Below the pieces are notes generated by a model. The model ran no database searches and was not told the origin of the DNA. It was given only the letters and a program-made list of their open reading frames with translations. This document shows, in pieces, positions 10,992-22,159 of a stretch of 64,000 bases of DNA (positions are counted from its first letter, which is position 1; every line of letters starts with the position of its first letter). Location of the stretch: NCBI GenBank assembly GCA_963716255.1, contig OY970303.1, positions 5,824,001-5,888,000 on the forward strand, written 5' to 3'. The stretch is from an uncultured Gemmatimonadales bacterium. Lineage in GTDB: Bacteria > Gemmatimonadota > Gemmatimonadetes > Longimicrobiales > Longimicrobiaceae. Made by a program: the position numbers and the translations under genes.

Positions 10992-12650
10992 ATGAGCGAC
11001 ATGATCGATACGGAGGTGGCGATCGTCGGCTGCGGCCCGGTGGGCGCGCTGACCGCCAACCTCCTGGGGCTGCAGGGGGTGAGGGTACTGGTGCTGGAGC
11101 GCGACACGGCGGAGCACGGCCAGCCGCGCGCCTTTTCCTGCGACGACGAGGCGCTGCGCATCTACCAGATGGCGGGGCTGGCCGAGACGCTGCACGCGGA
11201 CATGGCCGTGTGCGACCGGGTGCACTACACCGGCGTGAACGGGCGCAGCTTCGCGGAGGTGGAGTTCCGTGGCCTGGACTTCGGCTCGGGGTACCCGGTT
11301 CTCAACTTCTTCCACCAGCCGAGACTGGAGCGGGTGCTGCGCGCGGGGGTGGCGCGCTTTCCCTCGGTGGAGCTGCGTACGGGGCACGAGGTCACCGCGC
11401 TCGCCCAGGACCGCGAGGGGGTGACGCTGGCGGTGCGCGACCGGGTGGGCGGCGCCGAGCTGCGGGTGCGCGCCCGCTACGTGCTGGGGTGCGACGGCGG
11501 CCGCAGCGCCACGCGGCGGCTGGCGGGGATCGGGCTGGCGGGGAGCAGCTACGAGGAGCCGTGGCTGGCGGTGTCCGGCGACGTCCCGGACGACGCGGTC
11601 CGCATGCCGGACACCCGCTTCGTCTGCGACCCGCGGCGCCCCGCCTTCGTGGCCCGGGGCGCGCGGGACGACTACCGGGTGGAGCTGATGCTCCTCCCCG
11701 GGGAGACAGCGGAGGAGATGGAGCGCCCGGAGACCGTCGCCCGGCTGATCGCGCCGTACGTGGACCCGGAAAGAATGCGCATCACCCGCGCCGTGGTGTA
11801 CCGCTTCCACCACGCCATGGCGGAGCACTGGCGGCAGGGCCGCGTGCTCCTGCTGGGCGACGCGGCGCACCAGATGCCGCCGATGATGGGGCAGGGGCTG
11901 GTCTCCGGCCTGCGCGACGCCGCCAACCTGTGCTGGAAGCTGGCGCTGGTGCTCCGCGGGGCCGCAGCGCCCTCGCTGCTCGCCAGCTACGAGACGGAGC
12001 GCCGCCCGCACGTGCGGGCCATGGCCGACGCCAGCGCCCGGGTGGGGCGCGTGATGATGGGTCGCAGCCGCCCGGCCGCGGAGCTGCGCGACCGCTTCTT
12101 CCAGGCGGTCCAGCTCGTCCCCGCGGTGCGGCGCTACGTCCGCCGCTTCGGCTTCAAGCCGGAGGCCGTGTGCGGCGCCGGGGCGATCCTCGGCGGGCGG
12201 CGGAGCCACCGCGGCGCGCCGGAGGGGAAGCTCTTCCCCCAGGCGCGGGTGGAGACGGCGTCCGGGCGCACGGTGCTTTCGGACGAGGTGCTGGGGCCGG
12301 GGTTCGCGGTGGTGGGCGCGGGGGTGGACCCGCGCGAGGCCGTGCCCGAGGCCGGCGCGGCGTGGGGCCGCCTGGGAGCCCGCCTGGTGATGGTGCTCCC
12401 GCCGGACGGCCCCGCTCCGCGCCCCGGCCTGGGCCTCACCCGGGTGCGCGACACCACCGGCGCCATCGGCGCGTGGCTCCGCCGCCACGGCGCGGAGGTG
12501 GCGGTGGTGCGCCCCGACCGCTTCGTCTTCGGCGCCGGCCCCGCCGCACACGCGGCATCCCTCGCCCGGTCCGCCGCCGGGACCTTCCTCGCCCCGGAGC
12601 TCGGCGCCCCGCGCTGGGAGCCCGCGGGCGCGCTGCTCGCCACGGTGTAG
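10992..12650 (+). CDS. FAD-dependent monooxygenase, MhpA (3-(3-hydroxyphenyl)propionate hydroxylase)-like
   Basis: VAIVGCGPVG, GCDGGRS, LLGDAAHQMPP, C-terminal VVRPDRFVFG. Confidence 0.9.
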   Translation: MSDMIDTEVAIVGCGPVGALTANLLGLQGVRVLVLERDTAEHGQPRAFSCDDEALRIYQMAGLAETLHADMAVCDRVHYTGVNGRSFAEVEFRGLDFGSGYPVLNFFHQPRLERVLRAGVARFPSVELRTGHEVTALAQDREGVTLAVRDRVGGAELRVRARYVLGCDGGRSATRRLAGIGLAGSSYEEPWLAVSGDVPDDAVRMPDTRFVCDPRRPAFVARGARDDYRVELMLLPGETAEEMERPETVARLIAPYVDPERMRITRAVVYRFHHAMAEHWRQGRVLLLGDAAHQMPPMMGQGLVSGLRDAANLCWKLALVLRGAAAPSLLASYETERRPHVRAMADASARVGRVMMGRSRPAAELRDRFFQAVQLVPAVRRYVRRFGFKPEAVCGAGAILGGRRSHRGAPEGKLFPQARVETASGRTVLSDEVLGPGFAVVGAGVDPREAVPEAGAAWGRLGARLVMVLPPDGPAPRPGLGLTRVRDTTGAIGAWLRRHGAEVAVVRPDRFVFGAGPAAHAASLARSAAGTFLAPELGAPRWEPAGALLATV

Positions 12651-12715
12651 GGAAGAAAGCCGGAAGCGTGAGCGGGCCGGGCCTCCGTGGCCCCGGCCCG
12701 CCGCCACTCCGCAGC

Positions 12716-12846
12716 CGCGTGAGGGATTCCGGCCCGAAGGGGCGAGACCGCGCGGCTGTTTGCGCGGGCTCGACTCCGTTAGCGAGCGTGGTTTGCTCGC
12801 TTACGGAGCCGAAGCCCGACCCCCGCGCCCCGCGGGGGGCACGCCC
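12716..12846 (+). repeat. Structured intergenic repeat family A, copy 1
   Basis: CGCGTGAGGGAT..GGCCCGAAGGGGCGAGAC..CTCCGT..TACGGAGCCGAAGCCCGACCCC..GGCACGCCC, recurring 8 times in the window. Confidence 0.95.
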
Positions 12847-13088
12847 AAACTCGCCGTTCACCCCCTCACGACCCCCCCCGATCGTACCGGCTGCGGTTCA
12901 CCCGCCCCCCGCCGGGCGACCGGCCGTACCCGCGGCCCTGCCCGCCGAAGCCGCGCCGGTGGAAGTCGCGGTCGTAGCCGCCGCCCCGCTCCCCGCCGCG
13001 CGATCCCCTCTTGCGCTTCCGCGGGGCGTGGCGCAATCTCGCCTTCCCGCGCCCTCGCGCGACGGCACCCGCTCCCCCCCGGACCACC

Positions 13089-14378
13089 ATGCGACACGAC
13101 CTCCGTCCGCTGCTCCTCGCCGCCGCGCTCCTCGTGGGCGCGGCCGCGTCCGTCCCGGCGCTCGCCTCCCCCGCCGACACGGCGGCGCTCCGCGTCGCGC
13201 CCGCGCGGCAGGTGCGCGCCACGTACTATCCGGGCCCGGGGGACCGCTGGGAGCGGCGGCGCCCGGAGCAGGTGGGGATGGACTCCGCGCGGCTGCGGCA
13301 GGCGGTGGAGCTCGCCGTCGCCAGCGAGAGCCGGGCGCCGCGCGACCTCGCGCTCGCCCACTACCAGACCTTCGGGCGCGAGCCGTTCGGCGAGGCGGTG
13401 GGGCCGTTCCGGGAGCGGGGCGACCCGGCGGGCGTCGTCCTCCGCGGCGGCTACATCGTGGCGGAGTGGGGCGACCCGCACCGCGTGGACATGACCTTCA
13501 GCGTCACCAAGAGCTTCCTGTCCACCGTGGTGGGCGTGGCGGTGGACCGCGGCCTCATCCGCAGCGTGGACGACCGGGTGGCGGAGTACACCGGGCCCGT
13601 GCTCGCCCTGGAGGACGACGCCCGCGGCGACGCCCCGGGGCGGGTGGGGCGCTCGCCGTTCCTGGAGCCCTTCGCCTCGCCGCACAACCGCGCCGTCACC
13701 TGGAACACGCTGCTGCGGCAGACCAGCGACTGGGAGGGAACGCTGTGGGGAAAGCCGGACTGGGCCGACCGTCCCGCGCAGGACCCGGCCGAGTGGCTGA
13801 CGCGGCCGCGCTCCGCCCCCGGCGCGGCGTACGAGTACAACGACGTGCGGGTGAACGCGCTGGCGCTGGCGGCGCTGGAGGTGTGGCGGCGCCCGCTGCC
13901 GGAGGTGCTGCGCGAGGAGGTGATGGACCCCATCGGCGCGTCGAACACCTGGCGCTGGCTGGGCTACGAGAACTCGTGGGTGGTGCTGGACGGGCGGGCG
14001 GTGCAGTCGGTGAGCGGGGGCGGGCACTGGGGCGGGGGAATGTTCATCAGCGCCCGCGACATGGCGCGCTTCGGCCTGCTGACGCTGCGGCGGGGGCGCT
14101 GGCGCGACCGCCAGGTGCTCTCGGAGGCGTGGGTGCGGATGGCTCTGACGCCCACCCCCGCGCAGACCGACTACGGGTTCATGAACTGGTTCCTGAACAC
14201 CGGCCGCAAGCGCTTTCCGGCGGCACCGGAGTCGGCGTTCGTGCACCTGGGCAACGGCACCAACATCATCTACGTGGACCCGGAGAACGACCTGGTGGTT
14301 GTGGCGCGGTGGATCGAGAACGGCGCGGTGGACGACCTGGTGGAGCGGATCCTGGCGTCTCTGTCCGGGCATCGCTGA
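13089..14378 (+). CDS. Secreted serine hydrolase, beta-lactamase/class C esterase family
   Basis: Signal peptide, SVTK (SxxK), YEYND (YxN-like), HLGNG. Confidence 0.88.
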   Translation: MRHDLRPLLLAAALLVGAAASVPALASPADTAALRVAPARQVRATYYPGPGDRWERRRPEQVGMDSARLRQAVELAVASESRAPRDLALAHYQTFGREPFGEAVGPFRERGDPAGVVLRGGYIVAEWGDPHRVDMTFSVTKSFLSTVVGVAVDRGLIRSVDDRVAEYTGPVLALEDDARGDAPGRVGRSPFLEPFASPHNRAVTWNTLLRQTSDWEGTLWGKPDWADRPAQDPAEWLTRPRSAPGAAYEYNDVRVNALALAALEVWRRPLPEVLREEVMDPIGASNTWRWLGYENSWVVLDGRAVQSVSGGGHWGGGMFISARDMARFGLLTLRRGRWRDRQVLSEAWVRMALTPTPAQTDYGFMNWFLNTGRKRFPAAPESAFVHLGNGTNIIYVDPENDLVVVARWIENGAVDDLVERILASLSGHR

Positions 14379-14414
14379 GTTTCGGAACTGCTTTGAACCG
14401 CGACGGACGGGTCC

Positions 14415-14542
14415 GGGCGTGCCCCCGGCTGCGCCGGGGTCGGGCTTCGGCTCCGTAGGGCTGCAAACGACGCAGCCCAACGGAGTCGAGCCCCGGCAAA
14501 CTGCGCCGGGTCTCGCCCCTTCGGGCCGTAATCCCTCACGCG
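14415..14542 (-). repeat. Family A, copy 2
   Basis: Reverse complement of the family A scaffold with different stems. Confidence 0.95.
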
Positions 14543-14582
14543 GGCGGGCGCCGCGAGGAGGGCGCCAGCCGCCCGGGCGCGG

Positions 14583-15761
14583 CTACCCTTCCACGCGCCC
14601 CACCACCAGCCGCACGGGGATCCCCCCGTTCTTGGTCCGCAGCGCCTCCGCGAACCTCACCTTCACCTGCGCCTCCAGCCCGCGGTCCGCAGAGAGCAGC
14701 CCGAGCGTCCACCCCGGCAGCTTATCGCGCGCGAGCCGCCCCAGCGCGGCGTACAGGTTCCGCAGTCCCTCCGTCTCGCCCACGCGCACGCCGTACGGCG
14801 GGTTGCTGAGCAGCCACCCCGTGCCGGCCGGCGGCTCCGCCGCGGACAGGGGGCGCACCTCCAGCGCCAGGTCGTCCAGCACGCCGGCGCGCGCCGCGTT
14901 GGCGCGCGCCGCCTCGATCGCGCCCGCGTCCCGGTCCGACGCCGTGATGGGAGCCGGCGCCGATTCCAGGATCTCGCCCGCGGCGCGCTCCACGGTCCGC
15001 GCCCACAGCCGCGCGTCCGAGTCCGGCCACTCCTGGAAGGCGTAGCGCCGCGGCGTCCGCTCCGCCGAGGCGAGCCCGGGCGCGATGCGCCGCGCCAGCA
15101 GCGCCCCCTCGATGGCGACCGTGCCCGACCCGCACATGGGGTCCAGCAGCGGCGCCGTTGCGTCCCACCCGCTCCCCAGCAGCATGGCCGCGGCCAGCGT
15201 CTCGCGCAGCGGCGCCCTGGCGAGCGCCTGGCGGTAGCCGCGCAGGTGCAGCAGCGCCCCGGACGCGTCCGCGCTCACCGTGCAGCGGTCGTAGTGGAAG
15301 CGCACCACGAACAGCTGCCCCTCCGCGCCCCCCTCGTCCTCCTCCTCGTCTCCGCCCTTCGCGGCGCCCGCGCCCCCGAGGCTCCCCACCCCGCGCTCCA
15401 CCGCGTCCAGCAGCCGCTGCGCGATGGCGCCCTCGTGGTACAGCTTGCTCTTCCTGGAGGTGACGCGCAGCCGCACCGCCCCTCCCGGCGCCACGAACCG
15501 CTCCCACGGCACCCTGCGCGCGTGCCGCTCCAGCTCGAAGAAGGTGCGCGCCCTGAACTCCGCTACCCGCACCAGCACCCGGCTGGCCGTGCGCAGCCGC
15601 AGGCTGGCGTCGTACAGCTCCGCGCGCGTCCCCTCCCACGCCACCCCCCCGGGCTCCGCGGCCCCCGCGATCCCCAGCAGGCGCAGCTCGTGGGCGCACA
15701 GCTCTTCCAGCCCCGGGGCGGTCACTGCGAAGAGCGGAAAGCTCGGGTCGGCGGAGGGCAT
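14583..15761 (-). CDS. THUMP-domain class I SAM-dependent RNA methyltransferase (RlmL-like)
   Basis: LHLRGYR, APLRETLAAAML, LLDPMCGSGT, SNPPYG. Confidence 0.9.
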   Translation of the reverse strand: MPSADPSFPLFAVTAPGLEELCAHELRLLGIAGAAEPGGVAWEGTRAELYDASLRLRTASRVLVRVAEFRARTFFELERHARRVPWERFVAPGGAVRLRVTSRKSKLYHEGAIAQRLLDAVERGVGSLGGAGAAKGGDEEEDEGGAEGQLFVVRFHYDRCTVSADASGALLHLRGYRQALARAPLRETLAAAMLLGSGWDATAPLLDPMCGSGTVAIEGALLARRIAPGLASAERTPRRYAFQEWPDSDARLWARTVERAAGEILESAPAPITASDRDAGAIEAARANAARAGVLDDLALEVRPLSAAEPPAGTGWLLSNPPYGVRVGETEGLRNLYAALGRLARDKLPGWTLGLLSADRGLEAQVKVRFAEALRTKNGGIPVRLVVGRVEG

Positions 15762-15854
15762 GGGCGGTCGGGTCGCGGGGAATGCACGGCGAGCGGCAAG
15801 ATGCGCCCGCGGACGCCGGAGCGAAAGTAGACGGCAGCACGGAGTACGCGGCAA

Positions 15855-15895
15855 ATGAAAGGCGCCCCCGCCGGGAGAGTCCCGGTGGGGGCGCC
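15855..15895 (-). terminator. Probable intrinsic terminator downstream of the 16072..17226 gene
   Basis: Minus-strand hairpin GGCGCCCCCACCGGGA-CTC-TCCCGGCGGGGGCGCC followed by TTTCATTT. Confidence 0.6.
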
Positions 15896-15918
15896 CTGTG
15901 CGGACGCCAGCGCAATCC

Positions 15919-16048
15919 CGCGTGAGGGATTCCGGCCCGAAGGGGCGAGACCGCGCGGCTGTTTGCGCGGGCTCGACTCCGTTAGCCCGCGTTGTTTGCG
16001 GGCTTACGGAGCCGAAGCCCGACCCCGGCGCCAGCCGGGGGCACGCCC
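15919..16048 (+). repeat. Family A, copy 3
   Basis: Family A scaffold with 5' extension GCGGACGCCAGCGC shared with copies 5, 6 and 8. Confidence 0.95.
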
Positions 16049-16071
16049 AACCCCGCCGTAGCCGTAAGTCG

Positions 16072-17226
16072 TTACTGGTACTGGATGTACAACGGCACCG
16101 GGTGCAGCTTGAGCAGGTCCGCCGGCGACATGAGCGGATCGCCCTTCTTGGTGTCGTTGTGGTAGAAGAGCTTGAACCCCGTGTACTGCACCGGCTCGCG
16201 CACGATGTAGTCCCGGTACGAGTCCCGCTTCAGCCAGGGCGCGCCCCACCCGTCCATGTCCATCACGATCTGCACCTCGGGGCGCAGGATGATGTTGCGC
16301 GAGCCGGTCACCATGTTGCGGGTGAACCGGTGGATCACCAGCACCTTGGGCGGCAGCCGGTTCTCGCGGACGATGCGCGCCAGCTCGCCGGTCACGTAGT
16401 TGATGTCGGCCGCGGTCATGGTCCCGATCTTCCGCCCCGGCACGATCCCGCCGCGCATGTAGAACTCGGGGTCCACGGCGAAGTGCACTTCCGGCCGCTT
16501 CAGGAACTCCTCGAAGCGCGGCATCAGGTTGCGGATGTCGTCCTGGGCCACCTGCACGTCGATGATGAAGATGCCGTTCCGCTCCTTGATCATGCGGTAG
16601 ATGGAGTCGGTCTGCGTGTCCCGCAGCTGCGCGCGGTACTTGCCCGTGGGGCCGGGGGCGCCCTGCGCGACCACGGTCACCATGTGCAGGCAGGGCACGG
16701 CCGGGTGCTGCGGGTCGGCCCGGGTCCAGGCCTGCACCTCGCGGTCCAGCCGGCGCAGCATCTCGTCGCGCGGGTATTCGCCCAGCGCGCCCATGCGCGT
16801 GGAGTTGGGGTTCCCGTAGTAGCACACGATCCGCCTGGCCGGCAGGATCGCGCCGGGGAGCGACAGGGGCGCGTTGACCGGCCACCCCATCTCGCGCGCG
16901 AAATCCGGGTCCTCGCCCGCGTTGTAGCGCTTGGTGACGCTGTCGGCCCTGGCGATGCTGTCCGCCTTGGCGGAGTCCGGGTGCGACCGGGCGAGTGCCT
17001 CGGCCACCGTGCGGGTCGCGGTGTCCGCCGGGGCGAACTGCGCGGCGGCCGGGGCGGCGGCGCCACCGACCCCGGCCGCCGAAGTGTCTGCCGCGGCGGC
17101 CTTGCCGTCGGCGACCTGTGCGTCCGCCTCTTCCGCGTCCTTGCTGCAGGCGCCGAGCGCGAGCGGGGCGGAGAGTGCGACGGCAAGGGCGGCGGCCCGG
17201 ACGAGGGTGCGGGGGAGGTGGATCAC
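16072..17226 (-). CDS. Hypothetical lipoprotein
   Basis: GTG start after AGGAG; lipobox LGAC; globular C-terminal domain (YYGNP, DPEF, HRFT, DGWG, GFKLFY). Confidence 0.8.
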   Translation of the reverse strand: MIHLPRTLVRAAALAVALSAPLALGACSKDAEEADAQVADGKAAAADTSAAGVGGAAAPAAAQFAPADTATRTVAEALARSHPDSAKADSIARADSVTKRYNAGEDPDFAREMGWPVNAPLSLPGAILPARRIVCYYGNPNSTRMGALGEYPRDEMLRRLDREVQAWTRADPQHPAVPCLHMVTVVAQGAPGPTGKYRAQLRDTQTDSIYRMIKERNGIFIIDVQVAQDDIRNLMPRFEEFLKRPEVHFAVDPEFYMRGGIVPGRKIGTMTAADINYVTGELARIVRENRLPPKVLVIHRFTRNMVTGSRNIILRPEVQIVMDMDGWGAPWLKRDSYRDYIVREPVQYTGFKLFYHNDTKKGDPLMSPADLLKLHPVPLYIQYQ

Positions 17227-17474
17227 GAAGCGTCTCCTGGGTGCAAAGGGTAGCCGGCGCTCCCGCCGGCTCTGGATGTCGTTCAGTCTACCATACTTGG
17301 CGCGTCCGGACCAGCGCCGGGCGCAAACGACCCGCAAAAGCGGTGCTCGCCGCCCCGCGAGGCCGGCGGCGCCGGTGCGTGCGACCCGCATCCGGCACCG
17401 GCTTCCCCGCCGCGGGCCCGCTCGGTAGATTCGGTGCTCCACGGCGGTTTGCGGACACGCGGCGAGGCCCCTTC

Positions 17475-19904
17475 ATGGCGGGAGCTGGAACGGACGGAGC
17501 GGAGGGAGCCCATCCGGCTCCCCCCGGCGGCGACGAGGTCGCGGCGCGGCGCCTGTCCGGCCTGCTGGAGCGCTGCGCCCGCGCGGAGGCGGAGCTGGCG
17601 CGGCTGGCGGCCGCCGAGCGGACGGCGCGGGCGGAGGCCGAGGCGCTGGCCGGCCGGTCGGCCCGGCTGCAGGCGGTGACGGCGGCGCTGTCGCGCACCC
17701 TCACGGCCGAGCAGGTGGCGGAGGTGGTGGCCCGGGAGGGGGCGGAGGCGCTGGGGACCCGCCTGGGGACGGTGTGCGTCCTGGACGGCGGGGAGCTGAG
17801 GATCCTGCGCGGGGGCGGCCTTCCGGACGACCTGCGCGAGGCGTGGGCCCGCTTCCCCCTGGCCGCCCCGGTGCCGCTCGCGGAGGCGGCGCGCACCGGG
17901 GAGGCGCTGTACCTGGAAACGCTGGACGCGGTGCTGGGGCGGTTCCCCGCGCTGGCCCCCGCGGTGGAGCGCCTGGGCGCGCGCGCCTGGGCGGTGCTCC
18001 CGCTGTCGGTAGGGGAGCGGCGGCTGGGGGCGCTCTCGTTCTGCTTCACGGAGGAGCGCGAGGTCCCGCCCGCGGAGCGGGGCTTCCTGGCGGCGCTCGC
18101 CGACCAGTGCGCCCACGCGCTGGAGCGCGCCCGCCTGTACGGGGCGGAGCGGCGCGCGCGCGCGGCGTCCGAGCGGCTGCAGGCGCTCACCGCGGCGCTC
18201 TCGGAGGCGGCGGCGCCCTGGTCGGTGGGGCAGGTGCTGATGGGGCAGGGGGTGGCGGCGCTGGACGCGTACGCCGGGGTGCTGGTTCTGCGCGCGGGCG
18301 GCGAGGTGGAGATCGTCGGCTCCATTGGCTACGCGGAGACGGCGTGCATGTCGGAGGGGCGGCGGTGGGCGCTGGACGCGCCCATCCCGGTGGCGGAGGC
18401 CGCGCGCACGGGCGAGCCCGTGTTCGTGGAGTCGCCGGAGGCGTGGGGGCGCCGCTACGGAGGAGAGCACACCCGCTCGTCCGGCGCCGGCGCCGCCGCC
18501 TGGGCGGCGATCCCGCTGTGGGTGGAGGGGGAGCCGGAGGGCGCCCTGCTGTGGACCTTCGACCGGCCGCGCGAGTTCGACGCCGAGGACCGCGCGCTGA
18601 TGACCGCCGTGGCGCGGCAGGGGGCGCAGGCGCTGGAGCGCGCCCGCCTGTACGAGGCGGAGCGGCGCGCCCGCGCCGAGGCCGAGCGCGCGGTGCGGCG
18701 CATCTCGCGGCTGCAGGAGCTCACCGCGGCGCTGGCGGGGGCGCTCACCCCGTCGCAGGTGGCGCGCGCGGTGGTGGAGCAGGGGACGGCGGCGCTGGGG
18801 GCCGAGGCGGGGGTGGTGGTGTTCGCCGTGGACGAGGGGGAAACGCTGGAGGTGGCGGACTCCACCGGCTACCCGGCCGACCTGGTGCGCCCCTGGGAGC
18901 GCTTCCCGGCGGCGAGCGACGTCCCCATGGCCGAGGCGTTCCGCACGCGCGAGCCCATCGTCCTGCGCACCCGCGAGGAGTGGAGCCGGCGCTACCCGCA
19001 CCTCCCGCACCACATCGACTGGCACACGTCGTCCGCATCGGTGCCGCTCCTGGTGGGGGACGAGGCGGTGGGCGCCATGGGGCTCACCTTCGCGCGGCAC
19101 GTGGAGTTCGGGGACGACGAGCGCGAGTTCCTGCTGGCGCTGGGGCGGCTGTGCGCGCAGGCGGTGCGCCGCGCCGGGCTGTTCGCCGCGGCGGAGGCGG
19201 CGAACCGCGCCAAGTCCGAGTTCCTGGCCATCATGTCGCACGAGCTGCGCACGCCGCTCACCGCCATCATCGGCTACGGCGAGCTGCTGGCGGACGGGAT
19301 CACCGGGCCGGTCAGCGGCGAGCAGGCGCACCAGCTGGGGCGCATCAAGGCCAGCGCCATGCACCTGCTGGGGCTGATCGACGAGGTGCTCACCTTCGCG
19401 CGGCTGGAGGCCGGCCGCGAGACGGTGCGGGCCGAGCCCATCGACGTGCGCGGGGCGGTGCGGAGCGCCGCGGAGCTGGTGGCCCCGCTGGCGGCCGGCA
19501 AGGAGCTGGCGCTGCGGGTGGAGGCGCCCCCCGGCCGCGTGTGGCTGGACACCGATCCCGGCAAGCTGCACCAGATCCTGGTGAACCTGCTTTCCAACGC
19601 CGTCAAGTTCACCGACGCCGGCTCGGTGGAGCTGTCCGCCGAGGCGGCGGACGGGACGGTGGCCTTCCGGGTGACCGACACCGGCATCGGCATCCCCCCG
19701 GAGCAGCTGGAGCGCGTGTTCGAGCCCTTCACCCAGGTGGAGTCGTCCCCCACCCGCCGCTTCGGCGGCACCGGGCTGGGACTCAGCGTGAGCCGCCGGC
19801 TGGCGCGCCTGCTGGGCGGCGACCTGTCGGCGCGGAGCGTCCCCGGCGAGGGGAGCGCCTTCACCCTGGTGCTGCCGCTGGGGGGCGGCCCCGCCGCGGA
19901 GTGA
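17475..19904 (+). CDS. Cytoplasmic sensor histidine kinase with three GAF domains
   Basis: Three repeated GAF-like blocks, SHELRTPL H-box, [23 protein letters not shown]. Confidence 0.93.
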   Translation: MAGAGTDGAEGAHPAPPGGDEVAARRLSGLLERCARAEAELARLAAAERTARAEAEALAGRSARLQAVTAALSRTLTAEQVAEVVAREGAEALGTRLGTVCVLDGGELRILRGGGLPDDLREAWARFPLAAPVPLAEAARTGEALYLETLDAVLGRFPALAPAVERLGARAWAVLPLSVGERRLGALSFCFTEEREVPPAERGFLAALADQCAHALERARLYGAERRARAASERLQALTAALSEAAAPWSVGQVLMGQGVAALDAYAGVLVLRAGGEVEIVGSIGYAETACMSEGRRWALDAPIPVAEAARTGEPVFVESPEAWGRRYGGEHTRSSGAGAAAWAAIPLWVEGEPEGALLWTFDRPREFDAEDRALMTAVARQGAQALERARLYEAERRARAEAERAVRRISRLQELTAALAGALTPSQVARAVVEQGTAALGAEAGVVVFAVDEGETLEVADSTGYPADLVRPWERFPAASDVPMAEAFRTREPIVLRTREEWSRRYPHLPHHIDWHTSSASVPLLVGDEAVGAMGLTFARHVEFGDDEREFLLALGRLCAQAVRRAGLFAAAEAANRAKSEFLAIMSHELRTPLTAIIGYGELLADGITGPVSGEQAHQLGRIKASAMHLLGLIDEVLTFARLEAGRETVRAEPIDVRGAVRSAAELVAPLAAGKELALRVEAPPGRVWLDTDPGKLHQILVNLLSNAVKFTDAGSVELSAEAADGTVAFRVTDTGIGIPPEQLERVFEPFTQVESSPTRRFGGTGLGLSVSRRLARLLGGDLSARSVPGEGSAFTLVLPLGGGPAAE

Positions 19905-19997
19905 CCCGGCGGGGGTGGAGCATGTTCCTTGCGAGGGGGGCACGGCGTCCCGTCCGGGACCTGATCGTCCGGGAAAACCCCCACGCCGGAGGAAGCC

Positions 19998-20297
19998 ATG
20001 CGTCACGTCCTCGCCCTGCTGGCAGCGGTGCTGCTCGCCGCGCTGCCCGCCCCCGCGGCCGCCCAGTCGTTCGTCGAAGCGGCACCCGCCGTGTCCGTGC
20101 CCGCCGCTCCCGTCCCGGTGACGGACGTGGTGGCCACGGCGCCCGCCCAGCAGGAGAAGGTGCAGGAATCCGCTCGCGCCGAGAGCCTTGCCCGCGACCT
20201 CCGCGACGACCGTCAGCTCGCCCAGCGCGGCAGCTTCTGGTGGCTGGTCGGCGTCATCGTGATCGCCGGCGTGCTGCTGGCCGTCCTCCTCGACTGA
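19998..20297 (+). CDS. Small exported protein with a C-terminal membrane anchor
   Basis: GGAGG RBS, signal peptide, C-terminal helix [19 protein letters not shown]. Confidence 0.7.
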   Translation: MRHVLALLAAVLLAALPAPAAAQSFVEAAPAVSVPAAPVPVTDVVATAPAQQEKVQESARAESLARDLRDDRQLAQRGSFWWLVGVIVIAGVLLAVLLD

Positions 20298-20430
20298 CCC
20301 TCGCGCGCGGGGCCACGGCGACTTGCCGGGGCCCCGCGCCGCCCGTTACCATGTCCGCCCGCCTGTGGCGCTCCGCCCGCCCCCGTTCCCCGCGCGGCGG
20401 CGCCCGGCCTTCCGAATCCCCACGCGCTCC

Positions 20431-22158
20431 ATGAACAGCAACGGCGGCCGCTCCGGCGGCGCGCGCGCCAGCAGGGCGCCCCAGCTTTCCGCGGCACGGC
20501 TCCCCGAGCCGCGCCGCATCCTGTCGTGGGTGTACCTGGGGCGCATGTGCCTCGCCCTGGCCATCTTCCTGGCCGTCCTGCTCGCCTGGAAGAACGCCCC
20601 GGCGGACACCACGCTGTCGGCGACGCTGATCCTCTTCCTGTCGGGGGCCTTCACCGCCGGGTCGTTCTGGTACTCGCACCTGGCCCGCTCGCTCCCGGGA
20701 AAGAACTTCCTGTACGCGCAGGTGCTCTTCGACGTGGGGATCGTCACCTGGGTCATCCACCTGACCGGGGGGCCGGGGAGCGCCTTCGCGCCGCTGTACA
20801 TCCTGGTGATCTGCGCCGCGGCCGTGCTCCTTCCCATGCTGGGCGGGATCCTGGTGGGGCTGCTCGCCAGCATCGTGTACTTCACCGACATCGCGTTCAG
20901 CGCCCCGAACGCCCTGCTCGAGCCCGGCGTGCTGCTGCAGACCGCGCTCTTCGCCACCGTCGCCATGGTCACCGGCTACCTGGGCGACCGGCTGCGGCAG
21001 ACCGGGACGGTGCTGGACGAGATCGAGACCGAGCTGCGCCTGCTGCGCCTGGACACCGACGAGATCCTGGGGAGCATGAACTCGGGGATCCTCACCGTGG
21101 ACGGCGGGGGGCGGCTGGTGTACATGAACCCCGCCGGCGCCGAGATCCTGCAGCTGGCGCGCGACGAGTGGGAGGGGCGGCCGGTGCTGGACGTGCTGGA
21201 CCGGGCCGCGCCGGGGCTGGGCGCCATCATCCGCCGCTCCGCCGAGACCCGCCAGCCCATCCACCGCTCCGAGACGCACGGCACCCCCGAGGACGGGACC
21301 ATCCTGGGGGTGAGCACCACGCTGATGGAGCGCCCCGACCCGGACGGCCCCCCGGTGACCGCCATCTTCCAGGACATCACCGAGCGCATGCGGATGGAGT
21401 CGCTCCGCCGCCGCGCCGAGAGGCTGGAGGCCGTGGCCGAGCTGTCCGCCTCGCTCGCCCACGAGATCAAGAACCCGCTGGCCTCCATCCGCAGCGCCGT
21501 GGAGCAGCTCACCGGCGAGGGCGTGGACGCCGAGGACAAGGAAGTGCTGGAGCGGCTGGTGGTGCGCGAGTCCGACCGCCTCAGCCGGCTCCTCGCCGAG
21601 TTCATCGACTTCGCGCGGGTGCGGGTGCGCGACGCCGCCCCGGTGCGCGTGGCCCAGGTGGTCTCCCACGCCGTGGACATGGTGCGCGCGCACCCCGACG
21701 CCTCCGGCCGCGCCATTCGCCTGCTGCTCCCCGACGCTCCCGGCCCCGCCGTGCGCGGCGACGAGGACCTGCTGCACCGCGCCGTGGCCAACCTGGTGCT
21801 CAACGGCGCGCAGTGGGCCGGCCCCGGCGGCGAGGTGGAGGTGTCGCTGGACACCGTCCAGTCCGACGTCCTCGCCCCCGAGGTGGGGATCGCCGAGCTG
21901 GTGCGCCTGCGCGTCGCCGACACCGGCCCCGGGATCCCCGCCGGCGACGTGGACCACGTCTTCTCGCCCTTCTTCACCTCGCGCCCCGGCGGCACCGGGC
22001 TGGGGCTCGCGCTGGTGCAGCGCGCGGTCGACGTGCACGGCGGCGCCGTGTTCGTGGACCCCGCCCGCGCCGAGGGGGAGGGCGCCACCTTCGTCGTCTA
22101 CCTGCACGCCCTCCGCGAGCCCGCCGCGGCGGCCGGACCCACGCACCGAGGAGCCTGA
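20431..22158 (+). CDS. Membrane sensor histidine kinase (PilS/NtrB-like, with PAS domain)
   Basis: Multiple TM helices, PAS-like region, [20 protein letters not shown]. Confidence 0.92.
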   Translation: MNSNGGRSGGARASRAPQLSAARLPEPRRILSWVYLGRMCLALAIFLAVLLAWKNAPADTTLSATLILFLSGAFTAGSFWYSHLARSLPGKNFLYAQVLFDVGIVTWVIHLTGGPGSAFAPLYILVICAAAVLLPMLGGILVGLLASIVYFTDIAFSAPNALLEPGVLLQTALFATVAMVTGYLGDRLRQTGTVLDEIETELRLLRLDTDEILGSMNSGILTVDGGGRLVYMNPAGAEILQLARDEWEGRPVLDVLDRAAPGLGAIIRRSAETRQPIHRSETHGTPEDGTILGVSTTLMERPDPDGPPVTAIFQDITERMRMESLRRRAERLEAVAELSASLAHEIKNPLASIRSAVEQLTGEGVDAEDKEVLERLVVRESDRLSRLLAEFIDFARVRVRDAAPVRVAQVVSHAVDMVRAHPDASGRAIRLLLPDAPGPAVRGDEDLLHRAVANLVLNGAQWAGPGGEVEVSLDTVQSDVLAPEVGIAELVRLRVADTGPGIPAGDVDHVFSPFFTSRPGGTGLGLALVQRAVDVHGGAVFVDPARAEGEGATFVVYLHALREPAAAAGPTHRGA

Positions 22159-22159
22159 C

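Noticed and set aside
14266..14539. Recurrent short ORFs such as MRDYGPKGRD.. and MRGLDSVS..
   Set aside because: They are translations of family A repeats; indels between copies do not preserve the frame.
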